Numbered from the stretch's first letter, positions 51,753 to 62,816 are shown. The stretch: 64,000 nt of DNA from Xanthobacteraceae bacterium (GCA_049677525.1 JBAUCK010000290.1:1023-65022); one strand, 5' to 3'. The notes: a model not told the origin generated them from the letters alone. Program-made: numbers and translations.

Positions 51753-54700
51753 TCACTCGGCCGCGACCGGCATGGCCTCTTCAGGCGGCGCCGCGTCGGT
51801 GTCGGCGTGGTGCGATTTCCCGCCATTGAGCCAGTTCTGCAGGCGGTCGAGATAGAGATAGACCACCGGCGTGGTGAACAGGGTTAGCATCTGGCTCACG
51901 ATCAAGCCGCCAACCATCGCGTAACCGAGCGGCTGGCGCAGCTCCGAGCCAGAGCCGGTGCCGAGCATCAGCGGCAAGCCACCAAACAAAGTGGCCATGG
52001 TCGTCATCATGATCGGACGGAAACGCAGCAAGCATGCGGCGCGGATGGCGGCTTCCGGCGTGAATCCCTCGCGCTCGCGAGTGATGGCAAAGTCGACCAG
52101 CATGATGCCGTTCTTTTTCACGATGCCGATGAGCAGGATGATGCCGATGATGCCGATCACCGAGAGGTCGAAGCCGCCGAGCCACAGCGCCAGCAGGGCG
52201 CCGACGCCCGCGGACGGCAGCGTCGATAGAATGGTCAGCGGATGGACGTAGCTCTCGTAGAGCACGCCGAGGATCACATAGACGACCACAAGCGCCGCCG
52301 CGATCAAGATCGGCTCGCTCGACAGTGAGGTCTGGAACGCCTGTGCATTGCCCTGGAAGCCGGTGATGACGGTCGGAGGCATGCCCATGTCGTCTGCGGC
52401 CTGTTGGATGGCCGTCACCGCGTCGCCGAGCGCGACGCCGGGCTTCAGATTGAACGACAGTGTCGCCGCCGGGAACTGCGACTGATGCGAGACCAAAAGC
52501 GGTCCGACGGTATTGGTGTTGAAATTGACCAAAGTCGACAGCGGCACGAGCTGCCCGGTCAACGGCGCCTTGACGTAGATCTGGTTCAGTGAATTCGGAT
52601 CCTTCCGCAATTCGGGAAGGATTTCGAGCACGACGAAATAGGAGCTCACTTGCGTGAAATATTGCGCGACGTCGGCCTGGCCAAACGCGTCGTTCAGTGT
52701 CGAGTCGATCTCCTGTGCCTGAATGCCGAAGCGCGCCGCGGCATCGCGATTGATGGTCACTGCGAGCAGCGGCGCATTGGTCTGCTGATCGGTCGAGACG
52801 TCGGCCAGCTCCGGCAGCGTCTTCAGCTTGGCGAGCATTTTCGGCGCCCAGGCGCTCAGCTCGTCGAAACTTGGATCCTGCATCGTGAACTGGTATTGGC
52901 CCGCCGAAATGCGCCCGCCGACGGTGATGTCTTGCGACGGCTGCAGGAACAGCTGGACGCCCTCGACCTTGGCCAGTTGCGGCCGCAGCCGGTTGATGAT
53001 GTCCATCGCGCTCGCTTTGCGTTCGTCGCGCGGCTTCAGCGCAAGAAAGAAGCGCGCGGTATTGAGCGTATTGCCGCCGCCGTTGCCGAAGAACGATCCG
53101 AAGGCCGCGATATCGGGATCGCGCGCCAGCACGTCAGAGAGTTGCTTCTGGATGCCGCGCATCCTGTCCGGCGAGACATCCTGCGCCGCATAGGCGATGC
53201 CCTGGATCGCGCCGGTGTCTTGAACCGGAAAGAAACCTTTGGGAATGCTGACGAACAAGACGCCGGTGCAGGCCATCGTGGCAAAGAACACCATCAAGGT
53301 GATGAACTGGTGGCGCAGGACGATGTCGAGACCGGTTTTGTAGCCGTTGACCAGACCTTCGAAGCCCCGTTCGATGGTGTTGTAGATGCGGCCGTGATGT
53401 TCGGATTCCGCGGCAAGAAAGCGCGACGCCAGCATCGGGGTCAGCGTCAGCGACACGACGACGGACACCGCGATACAGGCGGTGACGGTGATGGCGAATT
53501 CGCGGAACAGGCGTCCGATGATACCGCCCATCAAGAGCAGCGGGATGAACACCGCGACCAGCGACACGCTGATTGACACCACGGTGAAGCCGATTTCGCT
53601 TGCGCCCTTCAGCGCCGATTGCATCGGCGAGGTGCCGGCCTCGAGATGGCGATAGATGTTCTCGACGACGACGATGGCGTCGTCGACGACGAAGCCGACG
53701 GCGATGGTCAGCGCCATGAGCGACAGATTGTCGAGGCTGAAACCGAATAGATACATCAGCGCCGTGGAGCCCAAGAGCGCGAGCGGCACGGTCACGCTCG
53801 GAATAAGCGTGGCGCGGATGTTGCGCAGGAACACCAGGATCACCATCACCACGAGGCTGATGGTGATAGCGAGGGTGAACTCGACGTCCTTGACGGACGC
53901 GCGAATGGTCTGGGTGCGATCGATGATGGTGTCGACCTTCAGCCCTTGCGGCGCGATGGCGGCAAGCCTCGGCATGGCCGCCTGGATCGCGTCGACGGTG
54001 GAAATGACGTTGGCGCCGGGCTGCTTGTAGATCAGAAGCAGGATGCCTGGCGTGACGCCGCTCGGCAGGCTTGCCAGTGCGCTCTGCGTAATGTCCTGCG
54101 GGCCGGTAATTGCGTGGCCGACATCGCGAACGCGGATCGGCGCGCCGGCGCGATAGCCGATGATGACATCGTCATATTGTTCCGGCTGCGTCAGCTGATC
54201 GTTGGTCGAGATGGTGAAGGTTTGCAGTGCGCCGTTGACCGCGCCTTTGGCGGCGTCGACCGTCGCCGTAGCAAGCACGCCGCGCACGTCTTCGAGTGTT
54301 AGCCCGCGCGCCTGGAGCTTGGCCGGATCGACCTGGACGCGGATCGACGGCTTCTGCTGGCCGCCGATATTGACCAGAGCCACGCCGCTGATCTGCGAAA
54401 TTTGCTGCGCCAGAACGTTCTCGGCGAAATCGTCGACTGAGGTGAGCGGCAGCGTGTCGGAATGAGCAGCGAGAATCAGGATCGGCGTATCCGCCGGGTT
54501 CACCTTCTTATAATAAGGCGGCACGGTCAGATTTTGCGGTAGCGTCTTACCCGCGGCGGTGATCGCCGCCTGCACGTCCTGCGCGGCGCCGTCAATATTG
54601 CGGTTGAGATCGAACTGCAGCGTGATGACGCTGGTGCCGAGCACGCTATTCGAGGTCAATTGCGTGACGCCGGCGATCTGGCCGAATTGCTCTTCAAGCG

Positions 54701-54896
54701 GCGTCGCCACAGTTGCCGCCATCGTATCGGCACTCGCGCCGGCGAATTGCGCGGTGACCTGGATGGTCGGAAAGTCGACCTGCGGCAGCGGCGCGACCGG
54801 AAGCAGCGGAAAGGCGACGATACCAACAAGCGCCAGCGCGCTCATCAACAGCGATGTCGCGATCGGCCGGCGGATGAACGGTTCGGATATGTTCAT
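51753..54896 (-). CDS. RND efflux transporter permease (AcrB/MdtB/MdtC family)
   Basis: 1047 aa. MNISEPFIRRPIATSLLMSALALVGIVAFPLLPVAPLPQVDFPTIQV. Confidence 0.95.
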   Translation of the reverse strand: MNISEPFIRRPIATSLLMSALALVGIVAFPLLPVAPLPQVDFPTIQVTAQFAGASADTMAATVATPLEEQFGQIAGVTQLTSNSVLGTSVITLQFDLNRNIDGAAQDVQAAITAAGKTLPQNLTVPPYYKKVNPADTPILILAAHSDTLPLTSVDDFAENVLAQQISQISGVALVNIGGQQKPSIRVQVDPAKLQARGLTLEDVRGVLATATVDAAKGAVNGALQTFTISTNDQLTQPEQYDDVIIGYRAGAPIRVRDVGHAITGPQDITQSALASLPSGVTPGILLLIYKQPGANVISTVDAIQAAMPRLAAIAPQGLKVDTIIDRTQTIRASVKDVEFTLAITISLVVMVILVFLRNIRATLIPSVTVPLALLGSTALMYLFGFSLDNLSLMALTIAVGFVVDDAIVVVENIYRHLEAGTSPMQSALKGASEIGFTVVSISVSLVAVFIPLLLMGGIIGRLFREFAITVTACIAVSVVVSLTLTPMLASRFLAAESEHHGRIYNTIERGFEGLVNGYKTGLDIVLRHQFITLMVFFATMACTGVLFVSIPKGFFPVQDTGAIQGIAYAAQDVSPDRMRGIQKQLSDVLARDPDIAAFGSFFGNGGGNTLNTARFFLALKPRDERKASAMDIINRLRPQLAKVEGVQLFLQPSQDITVGGRISAGQYQFTMQDPSFDELSAWAPKMLAKLKTLPELADVSTDQQTNAPLLAVTINRDAAARFGIQAQEIDSTLNDAFGQADVAQYFTQVSSYFVVLEILPELRKDPNSLNQIYVKAPLTGQLVPLSTLVNFNTNTVGPLLVSHQSQFPAATLSFNLKPGVALGDAVTAIQQAADDMGMPPTVITGFQGNAQAFQTSLSSEPILIAAALVVVYVILGVLYESYVHPLTILSTLPSAGVGALLALWLGGFDLSVIGIIGIILLIGIVKKNGIMLVDFAITREREGFTPEAAIRAACLLRFRPIMMTTMATLFGGLPLMLGTGSGSELRQPLGYAMVGGLIVSQMLTLFTTPVVYLYLDRLQNWLNGGKSHHADTDAAPPEEAMPVAAE

Positions 54897-56092
54897 CAGG
54901 ACTTATCCGGGCCGCCCGCCGGTGTTTGCGTCGTGGCTGGGATCGTCGTTTGGGTCGTGGCGTTGACGCGCGATCCGACGTCCAGCCGATATTGGCCGTT
55001 GACGACGACGCGCTCGCCGGCCGCAATTCCCTTGGTGACGATCGTGGTGTCGCTGTTGTTGACCGGGACGGTTTCGATGGTGCGCTGGTCGACAGTGTTG
55101 TCCGGCTTGACCACCCAGGTGTAGAGCCCGTTCGGCCCGTGCTGCACGGCGACCGGCGGGATCGTGATCGCGTCCTTGCGTGTTTGAATCAAAATGCGGA
55201 TGCGGACGAACTCGCCGGGCCACAGCCTCTGGTCCTGGTTCGGGAATTCCGCCTTGAGCTGGATCGTGCTGGTCGTCTGATCGATCTGATTGTTGATCAG
55301 AAGCAGATGACCTTCGGCAAGCTGCTGCTTGTCGTCCTGGTCGAAAGCGATGACCGGAACCGCGCCTTGCAGCATGGCCTCGCGCACCGGGCCGAGATCG
55401 CTCTGCGGCAGCGTGAAGATGACGGTGCACGGCTTGATCTGCGTGAGCACGGTCAGCGGGCCGATGTCGTTGGTGTGGATGATGTTGCCGAGGTCGACCT
55501 GACGGAAGCCGACGACGCCGTCGATCGGCGCGGTGATGGTGGCGTAATTGAGCTGCGTCTGCGCCGCTTCGATCGCCGCCTGGTCGGCATCGATCATCGA
55601 TTTTGTTTGATCGACCTTGGCCTGTTGCGCGTCGACGTTTTGCTGAGTCTCGTAGTCGCGCTGAACCAGCGTCTTGAATCGCGCCAGATCCTTCTGTGCG
55701 TCGATCAGGGTCGCTTCGTCCTGGCTCTTCTTCGACACCGCCTGGTCATAGGCGGCCTTGAACGGCGCCGGATCGATTTTCGCCAGCACGTCGCCCTGAT
55801 GGACTTCCTGGCCCTGGCGGAAATCGACCGAGATAATCTGTCCGTTGACCTGGGCGCGAATAGCAACGGTATTGAGCGCCTGCACGGTGCCGAGCGCATC
55901 GTAATAAATCGGCACGTCGCGTTGCGCAGCTTGGGTAACGGTGACCGGAATCACCGGCGACGCGGTCGGCGTTGCCGCCTGCGTGCTGCCGTGACGGTAA
56001 AAGCCGAGCCCAACGATCGCGCAAAGCACGACGGCCCCAACGACCGTGAAGATCGTGCGCCGGGAGCTTTTCGCGGTCATCTCGGTCGTCAT
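54896..56092 (-). CDS. RND efflux periplasmic adaptor (membrane fusion protein)
   Basis: 398 aa with an N-terminal TM anchor, a coiled-coil hairpin (QQNVDAQQAKVDQTKSMIDADQAAIEAAQTQLNYATI) and a beta-barrel. Its stop overlaps the permease start. Confidence 0.92.
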   Translation of the reverse strand: MTTEMTAKSSRRTIFTVVGAVVLCAIVGLGFYRHGSTQAATPTASPVIPVTVTQAAQRDVPIYYDALGTVQALNTVAIRAQVNGQIISVDFRQGQEVHQGDVLAKIDPAPFKAAYDQAVSKKSQDEATLIDAQKDLARFKTLVQRDYETQQNVDAQQAKVDQTKSMIDADQAAIEAAQTQLNYATITAPIDGVVGFRQVDLGNIIHTNDIGPLTVLTQIKPCTVIFTLPQSDLGPVREAMLQGAVPVIAFDQDDKQQLAEGHLLLINNQIDQTTSTIQLKAEFPNQDQRLWPGEFVRIRILIQTRKDAITIPPVAVQHGPNGLYTWVVKPDNTVDQRTIETVPVNNSDTTIVTKGIAAGERVVVNGQYRLDVGSRVNATTQTTIPATTQTPAGGPDKS

Positions 56093-56398
56093 AAGCGATC
56101 TGTGTCCTGCTTAACTCGCCGCCGTCAGCTTTATTCCCATTACCGCCTGAACATGGCCTTGCGATCCAATGAGGCAAAATCAGCGCCAGCTGGTCCGCCG
56201 CCCTCCGAAGTAACCCCGGCCGCCATACAGCACAATGACTGTAGGATTAAAGTTAATTAAGGTGAGGACCTCGCGGGAATTAACGTTGCTCGCCTAACAC
56301 GAGAATAAAGCCGTATTTGTCGCTTGATCCGCGCATAAAGCTGATGGCTATTCCTGCTGAAAGCTTCTGGGATTGCAGCAGGAAAGCGTTAGGTCCGC

Positions 56399-57293
56399 GT
56401 GGTGTTAGGGTCCAACACTGTCGACGCTCGAACTCCTGATTTCGCGGTGGTCCTGCGTGCCTTCGAAGGCGGCGGCGCGCAGCGGGACATGATCCTGCTT
56501 TGCAACGCGCTCGCTGCTCGATCCGTCTGTTCCTGTTGTCGAAGTTCCCGGCGGACAGATCCGTTACGCCGTTTTAGGTCTGCGCTGTTCACTGCGCGAT
56601 CTCAGGCCGGCGGCCGTCATCAGTTCCGAGGCGAGCCTCAATCTTTGTACACTGATCGCGGCGCGCACATTACCGCGGCGTAAACGGCCCAAGGTTGTCC
56701 TGCGCGAAGTCGGCAGCCCGTCGTTTGCAGAGCGCTACGATCCTTGCGGTACCGGATGAATTGATCTCGGTGATGCTCACCAATGCAGTTATTCCGCCGT
56801 CGGCCGCCGAGCGGCTTGCGCAATGGGACGGCGAAACCGGCCGCGAGCAAGGTCTCATCGTCTGTGTCGGCCGCCTCTCGCCGGAGAAGGACCAGCGGAC
56901 ATTGATCCGCGCGATGGCGCTGATGCCGGCCGAGCTGAACTGGCGCCTCGCTATTCTCGGGGACGGCGCGCAACGTTCCGCGCTCGAATCGCTCGTGCGC
57001 GAACTCGGCCTCGCCGATCGCATCGCCTTTACCGGACAGGTCGCCGATCCGTTTGCCTTCATGATGCGTGCGCGCGTTGCCGTATGCGCCTCGATCTATG
57101 AGGGTCTCTGCAACGCGCTCATCGAAGCACTGGCCTGCGGCACGCCGGTCGTGTCGACCAATTGTCCCTACGGGCCGCTCGAAATTCTGCAGGGTGGCCG
57201 TAATGGCCGTATTCCGCCGGGCCCGCCATCCGCGAGAAGATGGCAACGGCGAGCAGATTTCCCGCCGCCGACACTGCGCGTGCGCTCAAATAA
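56399..57293 (+). pseudogene. family 4 (GT1-fold) glycosyltransferase remnant with several frame breaks
   Basis: The pieces lie in three frames: FAVVLRAFEGGGAQRDMILLCNALAARS / LRDLRPAAVISSEASLNLCTLIAAR...KVVLREV / GLIVCVGRLSPEKDQRTLIRAM...ASIYEGLCNALIEALACGTPVV (EX7E) / IREKMATASRFPAADTARALK*. Confidence 0.75.
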
Positions 57294-57442
57294 AGCAGGC
57301 CCGTGGTGTTAAGCATTCCGCGTGATAAGCAATTGTCGCTGCGAGGAGAAGTCGGTACGACAGCGCATCACGGAGTATCGTTAAGACGTCGCCGCGAGAT
57401 CAAAGAATCAATCGTGCGCGGGGCGATCGTTGCAAGCGAGAT

Positions 57443-58542
57443 GTGATGCGTATTCTACAAATCCTCCACGATGGTGAACGCGGCGGCGTGCAGACCCTGG
57501 CACGCATGATCGGGGAAGGGCTGGCGCCGCAGCACTTTCGCATCGAGACGGAATATCTCTATCCGCGTCCCGGTATCTCGGCCTTCGTCAAGCTTGGCTA
57601 CGTCATCAGCATGATGCGCCTGATCTGGCGTGGCGGTTTCGATGCGCTGGTCGCCTATCAGTCGACCGCTTCGGTCCTGGTCGGCATCGTCGGCTGGCTC
57701 AGCGGCTGTCGCGTGCGCGTCGTTCACCAAACCTGCACGCTGGCGGAAATGCCGCGGTTGTTGCGGTTCATGGACTTGATTGCCGGCACGCTTGGGCTCT
57801 ATTCCGCCAACATCGTTAACAACGCCAGCACCTGGTCCGAATATGCGCACTATCCGCGGCGCTACCGCCGCTCGCTGATCCTGATCGAGACGGCCTCGAT
57901 GCGCCGCTGCCGCAGGAGAGCCGCGAGGCGACGCGGCGGCGCTTTGCTCTGCCGCAGTCACAGCCGCTGCTTCTCAATGTCGGGCGGGTGACCGAGCAGA
58001 AAAACCAGGATGTGCTCATTCGCGCGCTGGCCTGTTTGCCGCAGGCGCATCTCGCCGTTGCCTGCGCCGGCGCGATGGACAATGCGTTCCACGAACTCGC
58101 CGTGACGCTCGGCATCGAGACGCGCCTGCACATGCTCGGCGCCTTGCAGGCGCAGGACATTGCCGATCTCTATGCCGTGGCCGACCTGTTCGTGTTCCCC
58201 TCGATCTGGGAAACTTTCGGCCTCGCGGCGGCGGAAGCCGCCATGGCGGGAATGCCGATGGTGGTTGCCGATCTGCCGGTGCTGCGCGAAGTGCTGCATG
58301 CCGACGGATCGGAGCCCGTCACTCTCGTCGCGCCGCAGAATGTCGAGGGCTGGATCTCGGCCATCGGCCGGGCGCTTGCGACGCCGCCTGCGCCCCATGT
58401 CGTCAATAATTTTTCTCGCACCATCGCGCGCAAATATTCGCGACAGCGCATGATCGAAAGTTATTTGAGCCTGTTCGAGACCTATCGGCGGTCCGATCGG
58501 CGCCATGTGTCCGGCTTGCAGCCGGCGACGGAAGAATCCTGA
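57443..58542 (+). pseudogene. family 4 (GT1-fold) glycosyltransferase with a single frameshift
   Basis: Track ORFs 57443..57991 and 57988..58542 are the two halves. The sequence RRSLILIE / GLDAPLPQESREATRRRFALPQSQPLLLNVGRVTEQKNQD shows a 1-nt deletion near 57890. The EX7E motif is ETFGLAAAE. Confidence 0.78.
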
Positions 58543-59823
58543 TGCGGCGAGCGTGCCTCATCGTCGCGCTCGCCGGCGCCTCGCTGCTCGCGGCTTCTGT
58601 TCACACGATTTGCGCCGCCGACACCGTCACGCCCACCTTCAAGCGCGGCGCGACGCTCGTCGAATTCTTTGAATTTCCGGCAACGACCGGCGATGGCGCG
58701 GCCAAAGCCTATGCCGTTCCGGCGTTTCCCGATCCGATGGCGGCGCTCAAATTGTTCGACTTCGATGAATTGCATCGGATCGGCTTCGATCACATGAGGG
58801 TGCCGCTCGATGTCGGCCCGCTGATGCGCGGTGACGAGGGACAGCGCGGCAAAATTCTCGAGCAACTGGTCGCCGTCGTGTCTGAAATTAACCGGCATGA
58901 GCTTGCCCTGCTGGTGACGCTGTTTCCACCATCGCTGCAGCATGAATTGCCGGAGACTTATCTCGATGGTCTCGGCGGAACGAAATTCCGCGCCTATTCG
59001 GCGGAGGTCGAGCGCGTAGCGCGCGCGCTGGCGACTGTCCGTTCCGGCCTTGTCGCGCTCGAGCCGATGAACGAGCCGCAGTCGAAATGCCGGGTCGTGT
59101 TTGGCACCGATTGGAGCGCCTATCAGCAAGTCATGATCGAGAGCATCCGGCGCGTCTCGGCGCAATTGCCGCTGTTCCTGACCGGCGGCTGCTGGTCGAA
59201 TATCGAAGGCCTTGCCGATCTCGACACCGATCTGCTGCACGACCCGCGCAACTTCGTCAGCATCCACTTCTACTATCCGTTCCGGTTCACGCATCAGAGT
59301 GCGACGTGGTCGGAGCCCTATCTCGCCGGCACCATCGGCGTGCCCTATCCGGCCGCAGCAGGAAACATCGACAAGACGCTCGATATGACGCTCGAGCGCA
59401 TGCAGACCATGAAGCTCCCGGTCGGCGCCGATCCTGCCGCGGCAGGGCAAGGCCGAGGCGGAAATTGAAAAATATTTTTCTGAGGCACAAGGACCCAGGC
59501 AGATCGAGGAATGGATGAGCCGCGTCGCCAACTGGCAGCGCCGGCAGCAAGTTCCATCGGACCGCATCGCCTTTACTGAATTTGGCGCCATGAAAGAGAC
59601 CGCCGATGGTGCCCAATTCGACCGCGCCTCACGTGCCCGCTGGCTGCACGATGCTTCGGCGAGTATTGCCGGCCACGGGTGGGGCTGGACGGCCTATGTG
59701 CTGCGCGACGATCCGTTCGGGCTCTATGTGCATGTGCACGAGAGCGATCCCTTGCCGGATCCTGAACTGATGCACGCTTTGGGCCTCGGCGCGCCAAAAG
59801 CCGCGCCGCAATTCGACCGCTAA
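58542..59823 (+). pseudogene. glycoside hydrolase family 5 (endoglucanase-like), frame-shifted
   Basis: A signal peptide and the acid/base motif EPMNEP are in ORF 58542..59468. The nucleophile motif AFTEFG is in ORF 59515..59823. The second frame is already open from about 59431 (KAEAEIEKYFSEAQGPRQIEEWMSRV). Confidence 0.75.
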
Positions 59824-60700
59824 GTCTTTGCTTTCACGAGCGACGCGTAGCGCAGGCCGAAGGCCGACACCACGACGAAGAACCAGACTTCGCCGACCTG
59901 CTGAAAGGTCGAACTTTCAAAGCACGACGAATAGATGCCATAGCGGCACACGCGCAGGAACAGCAGTTGCAGCGGCGCCGCTTCGGAGTCCGCCGGCAGG
60001 CGATAGAAATCGGCGATCGGCAGCACCACGATCCAGAGGATCGTCAGCAACAGGCCGGGTTGGCCGATGGTCAGCGCCAGATTGAGATAAGCGTTATGCG
60101 CATCTGTCGCGGCGTTGGCCCAGCTCGCGTTTTCGCCGAGTCCATAGACGACTTCGTCGGTGCCGAAGAACGATGAGAAGCCATAGCCGGTAATTGGCCG
60201 CTCGGCGACGGCCCGAACGCCGAGCTCACAAATCTCGGTTCGCCCCGTGAAGGTGGCGTCCGGCATCACCATTTCCACGAGCTTGCGCACGGGTTCGAAA
60301 ATGACGGTGCCCACCGAGAACAAATTGAACGCGGCGAGGATGACGACGACGAGCGCGATCCCGACCATGGGCCGGCGGCTGCGGTTGATGATGCCGGCAA
60401 GGATGAAGACCAGCGGCATGACGCCGATCGCAGTTTTCGATTGCGAAAGCCGAGAAAGATCAGGGCCAGCACGGTAATCAGGCCGCCGAGCGCAAGGCTG
60501 CGCATGCGCGCAACGAACAGGCCGATGAACACGATCATCACCATCACCGCGCCGGCCTGGTTCTTGTGCGCGAATACGCCGCGCCAGTTGCCGGCATGTT
60601 CGGGTTCGAGAAAGTCGGTTGCCTGGTGCACGGCAAGCTGTGGCATTAGGAGGACGCCGAGATAGCAGGCGGCCAGCGTGATCAGCGCCACTGCGGCCAT
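59820..60700 (-). pseudogene. O-antigen ligase/polymerase (Wzy-type) remnant: N-terminally truncated and frame-shifted
   Basis: WRGVFAHKNQAGAVMVMIVFIGLF...LALIFLGF is in one frame. SQSKTAIGVMPLVFILAGI...DAHNAYLNLALTIGQPG is in the next. A 1-nt deletion lies in the run at 60446-60448. Only about 290 aa remain of a family that usually has about 400 aa. Confidence 0.7.
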
Positions 60701-61904
60701 CAGATCGCTGAAATGGCGGACGTTCTCGGGCCGGCTCTCCGGCGATACGAAGGACACGAGATTGATATTGGTTTCGCGGTCGCAGGTGGTCACGTCGGAG
60801 AGGAGCCGCCGTCCCATCGCCACATCGACAACGCCGGCTTCGCTCTGTTCAGCGTCTATTGCCGCTAGCGTCCAACGCTCGATATCGGCATCGATCAGAA
60901 GCACCCGCTCGTTTTCGGCCGCGAGCGCCGCGAGCGTCAGCGCCACCGTCGCGGAGTCGTCCTCGGCGTCGAGCGCGACGACCAGGACGCTCGGATTGTC
61001 CGGCCGGGGGTGGCTCTCACGCAGCGCGTCGTAGATCTTGTGGATGCCCTTGGCGAAGGGCGATCTGGGGTCGTCGACCGTACTCAGGCCGAACGACACG
61101 TCGACCGCCGGCAGGACCGCGAGCACCGGAATCTTTGCCGAACCGGCGCCCGTCCAGAATCCCACCGCGGCACCTTTGGCCGCGTTGCCGATCCTTTGCC
61201 GCCAGGCTCCGCCTTGCTGCGCCTCATCGTCGTCGGGCGGCAGCCGCACCAGAACGATGCCGGCGCCGGTGGCTGCTCCGAGCAGTAGCGCGCCGAGCGC
61301 GATCAAAATGCTCGACGGCGGCGCGCTGCGCCGCAGCGGCATGTCAGCCTTGGAAATGAGCGAATGTTCTTGGTGTCGATCTGCTGCTGCTCGCCGGGTT
61401 CACGCGCGCGCACCAGGAAGGCCTGATAGAGGTCGCGGCTTGCCTGCGCCTCGCGTTCCAATGCGCGCAAGCCGACCATGGCCTGATTGGTATTGACGGT
61501 CGTGCCTTCGAGCGCCTTGACATTATCCGCGATCGTCCGCTCGCTGGCTTTGGCGCTTTCGTATTCGGTGCGCGCCGCAACGGCGGTGCGATCGATCTCG
61601 CTGTCGATCATGTGCCGCAGCCGATCGGCCTGGGCCTGGATATTGAGAACGGCGGGGTGGCGCGGGCCGAGCGTCGTCAGCTCCGCGCCACCGCGATGAA
61701 CACGAGCGCAAGCGCGAGCGCTATCAGCGACGAGGCGACGATCGTCCACTTGCCGCGCCACAAGGTCGAGAGGACTTCGCTGAAATCAATCTGCGCCAGC
61801 GGTGCGAAGCCAATACCGACGCCACCGGCGCCGACGGACGGCCACAGGTCTGATCTTACGCGGCGCTTCGAACATTCAGTACTCGCATTCACCACGCGCA
61901 ACAC
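60701..61904 (-). pseudogene. ExoP/GumC/Wzc-type polysaccharide chain-length determinant remnant
   Basis: The Wzz N-terminus IDFSEVLSTLWRGKWTIVASSLIALALALVFIAV is joined out of frame to ELTTLGPRHPAVLNIQAQADRLRHMI, so about 200 aa of the periplasmic domain are missing. There is another 1-nt deletion near 61365 (TKNIR/LISKADMPLRRSAPP). The kinase-like part VLVVALDAEDDSATV...VLLIDADIER lacks a Walker A motif. Confidence 0.7.
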
Positions 61905-62054
61905 TGCAACGGACTTTTACACCCAGACTCTTGCACGCGACTTTTGCCGCCGGCTTTGGCCAAAGTTCGGGCAGCGTTTCACGCCACACGGCGCGTATGG
62001 TTAACCAATTCATAAAGGATCGTGGTTAACGCGCGGTGTATGGCGCGCAGCCGG

Positions 62055-62366
62055 TCACAGCCGGCGCAGAAGCCCGGCGACGGCGCCGACGATCAGGATT
62101 GCGGCGACAAAAGGCAGCCAGATCAAAGCCGTCCCAATCAGAAGCAGCAGCAGGACGGCGGCGAACAGGCCGACCACCAGCATCGCCAATGCAAAGCCAA
62201 ACGGGCCGATCCTCGTCACAAAGATCCGCTGCGAGCCGCTGCCATAGCCGGCGCCATGGGGATGGGGCGGCCAGCCATCGCGGCCCGCGGCGCGGTCGCT
62301 CCGGTCGGGCGGAAGAATCTCCGGCTCGATGCGGGGCCGCTCCGGCTCGTTTGAATAAGCTGCCAT
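62055..62366 (-). CDS. small hypothetical membrane protein
   Basis: 103 aa with a polar Pro/Arg-rich N-terminus followed by two TM helices (IGPFGFALAMLVVGLFAAVLLLLLIGTALIWLPFVAAILIVGAVAGLL). Confidence 0.5.
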   Translation of the reverse strand: MAAYSNEPERPRIEPEILPPDRSDRAAGRDGWPPHPHGAGYGSGSQRIFVTRIGPFGFALAMLVVGLFAAVLLLLLIGTALIWLPFVAAILIVGAVAGLLRRL

Positions 62367-62456
62367 TTTCGTCCCTGTGGCGCGATAGCCGCCTGTTCTG
62401 TTCCGCCGAATATGTAACCTTTGCCGGCGCCATCACAAGCGGTGCTTTGCCGCCAC

Positions 62457-62505
62457 GAGCATGATCCCGAAAAGGTGGAACCGGGCCTCGGAAAGGATCA
62501 TGCTT
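62457..62505. repeat. palindromic intergenic repeat, copy 5
   Basis: GAGCATGATCCCGAAAAGGTGGAACCGGGCCTCGGAAAGGATCATGCTT. Confidence 0.8.
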
Positions 62506-62516
62506 GAACGAAAAAT

Positions 62517-62735
62517 TTACCGCGCCAGCGTGCGGATGTGATGGTCGTGGAGAAATTTGGCCAATTGCTCGCGTAGGCTTTCATCCTGCTCGCGCTGATG
62601 GCCGAGTACGACGGCGCGCTCGAACAAAATATGCTGCAGGTCTGGTGGCAGCCCGCTCCAAAGATCGGCGGCAGCCGCCCCAAGCACGAGCAAATAACGC
62701 GCGGGTATATCGTTGACGACCTGGTCTGAAGTCAT
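62517..62735 (-). CDS. small hypothetical protein (72 aa) bracketed by two repeat copies
   Basis: MTSDQVVNDIPARYLLVLGAAAADLWSGLPPDLQHILFERAVVLGHQREQDESLREQLAKFLHDHHIRTLAR. The start is taken at codon 45 of the track ORF, whose 5' part is a translated repeat. Confidence 0.45.
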   Translation of the reverse strand: MTSDQVVNDIPARYLLVLGAAAADLWSGLPPDLQHILFERAVVLGHQREQDESLREQLAKFLHDHHIRTLAR

Positions 62736-62816
62736 GACGCCTCGCAAGATTATTTGCTGGTTCACGCGCCGACGGTGAACGTTAGGCAAACCAAGCGCGG
62801 GCGTCCAGGGCCGGCG

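Noticed and set aside
54926-56260. A 444-aa ORF on the plus strand
   Set aside because: It is antisense to the RND adaptor gene and is a shadow ORF.
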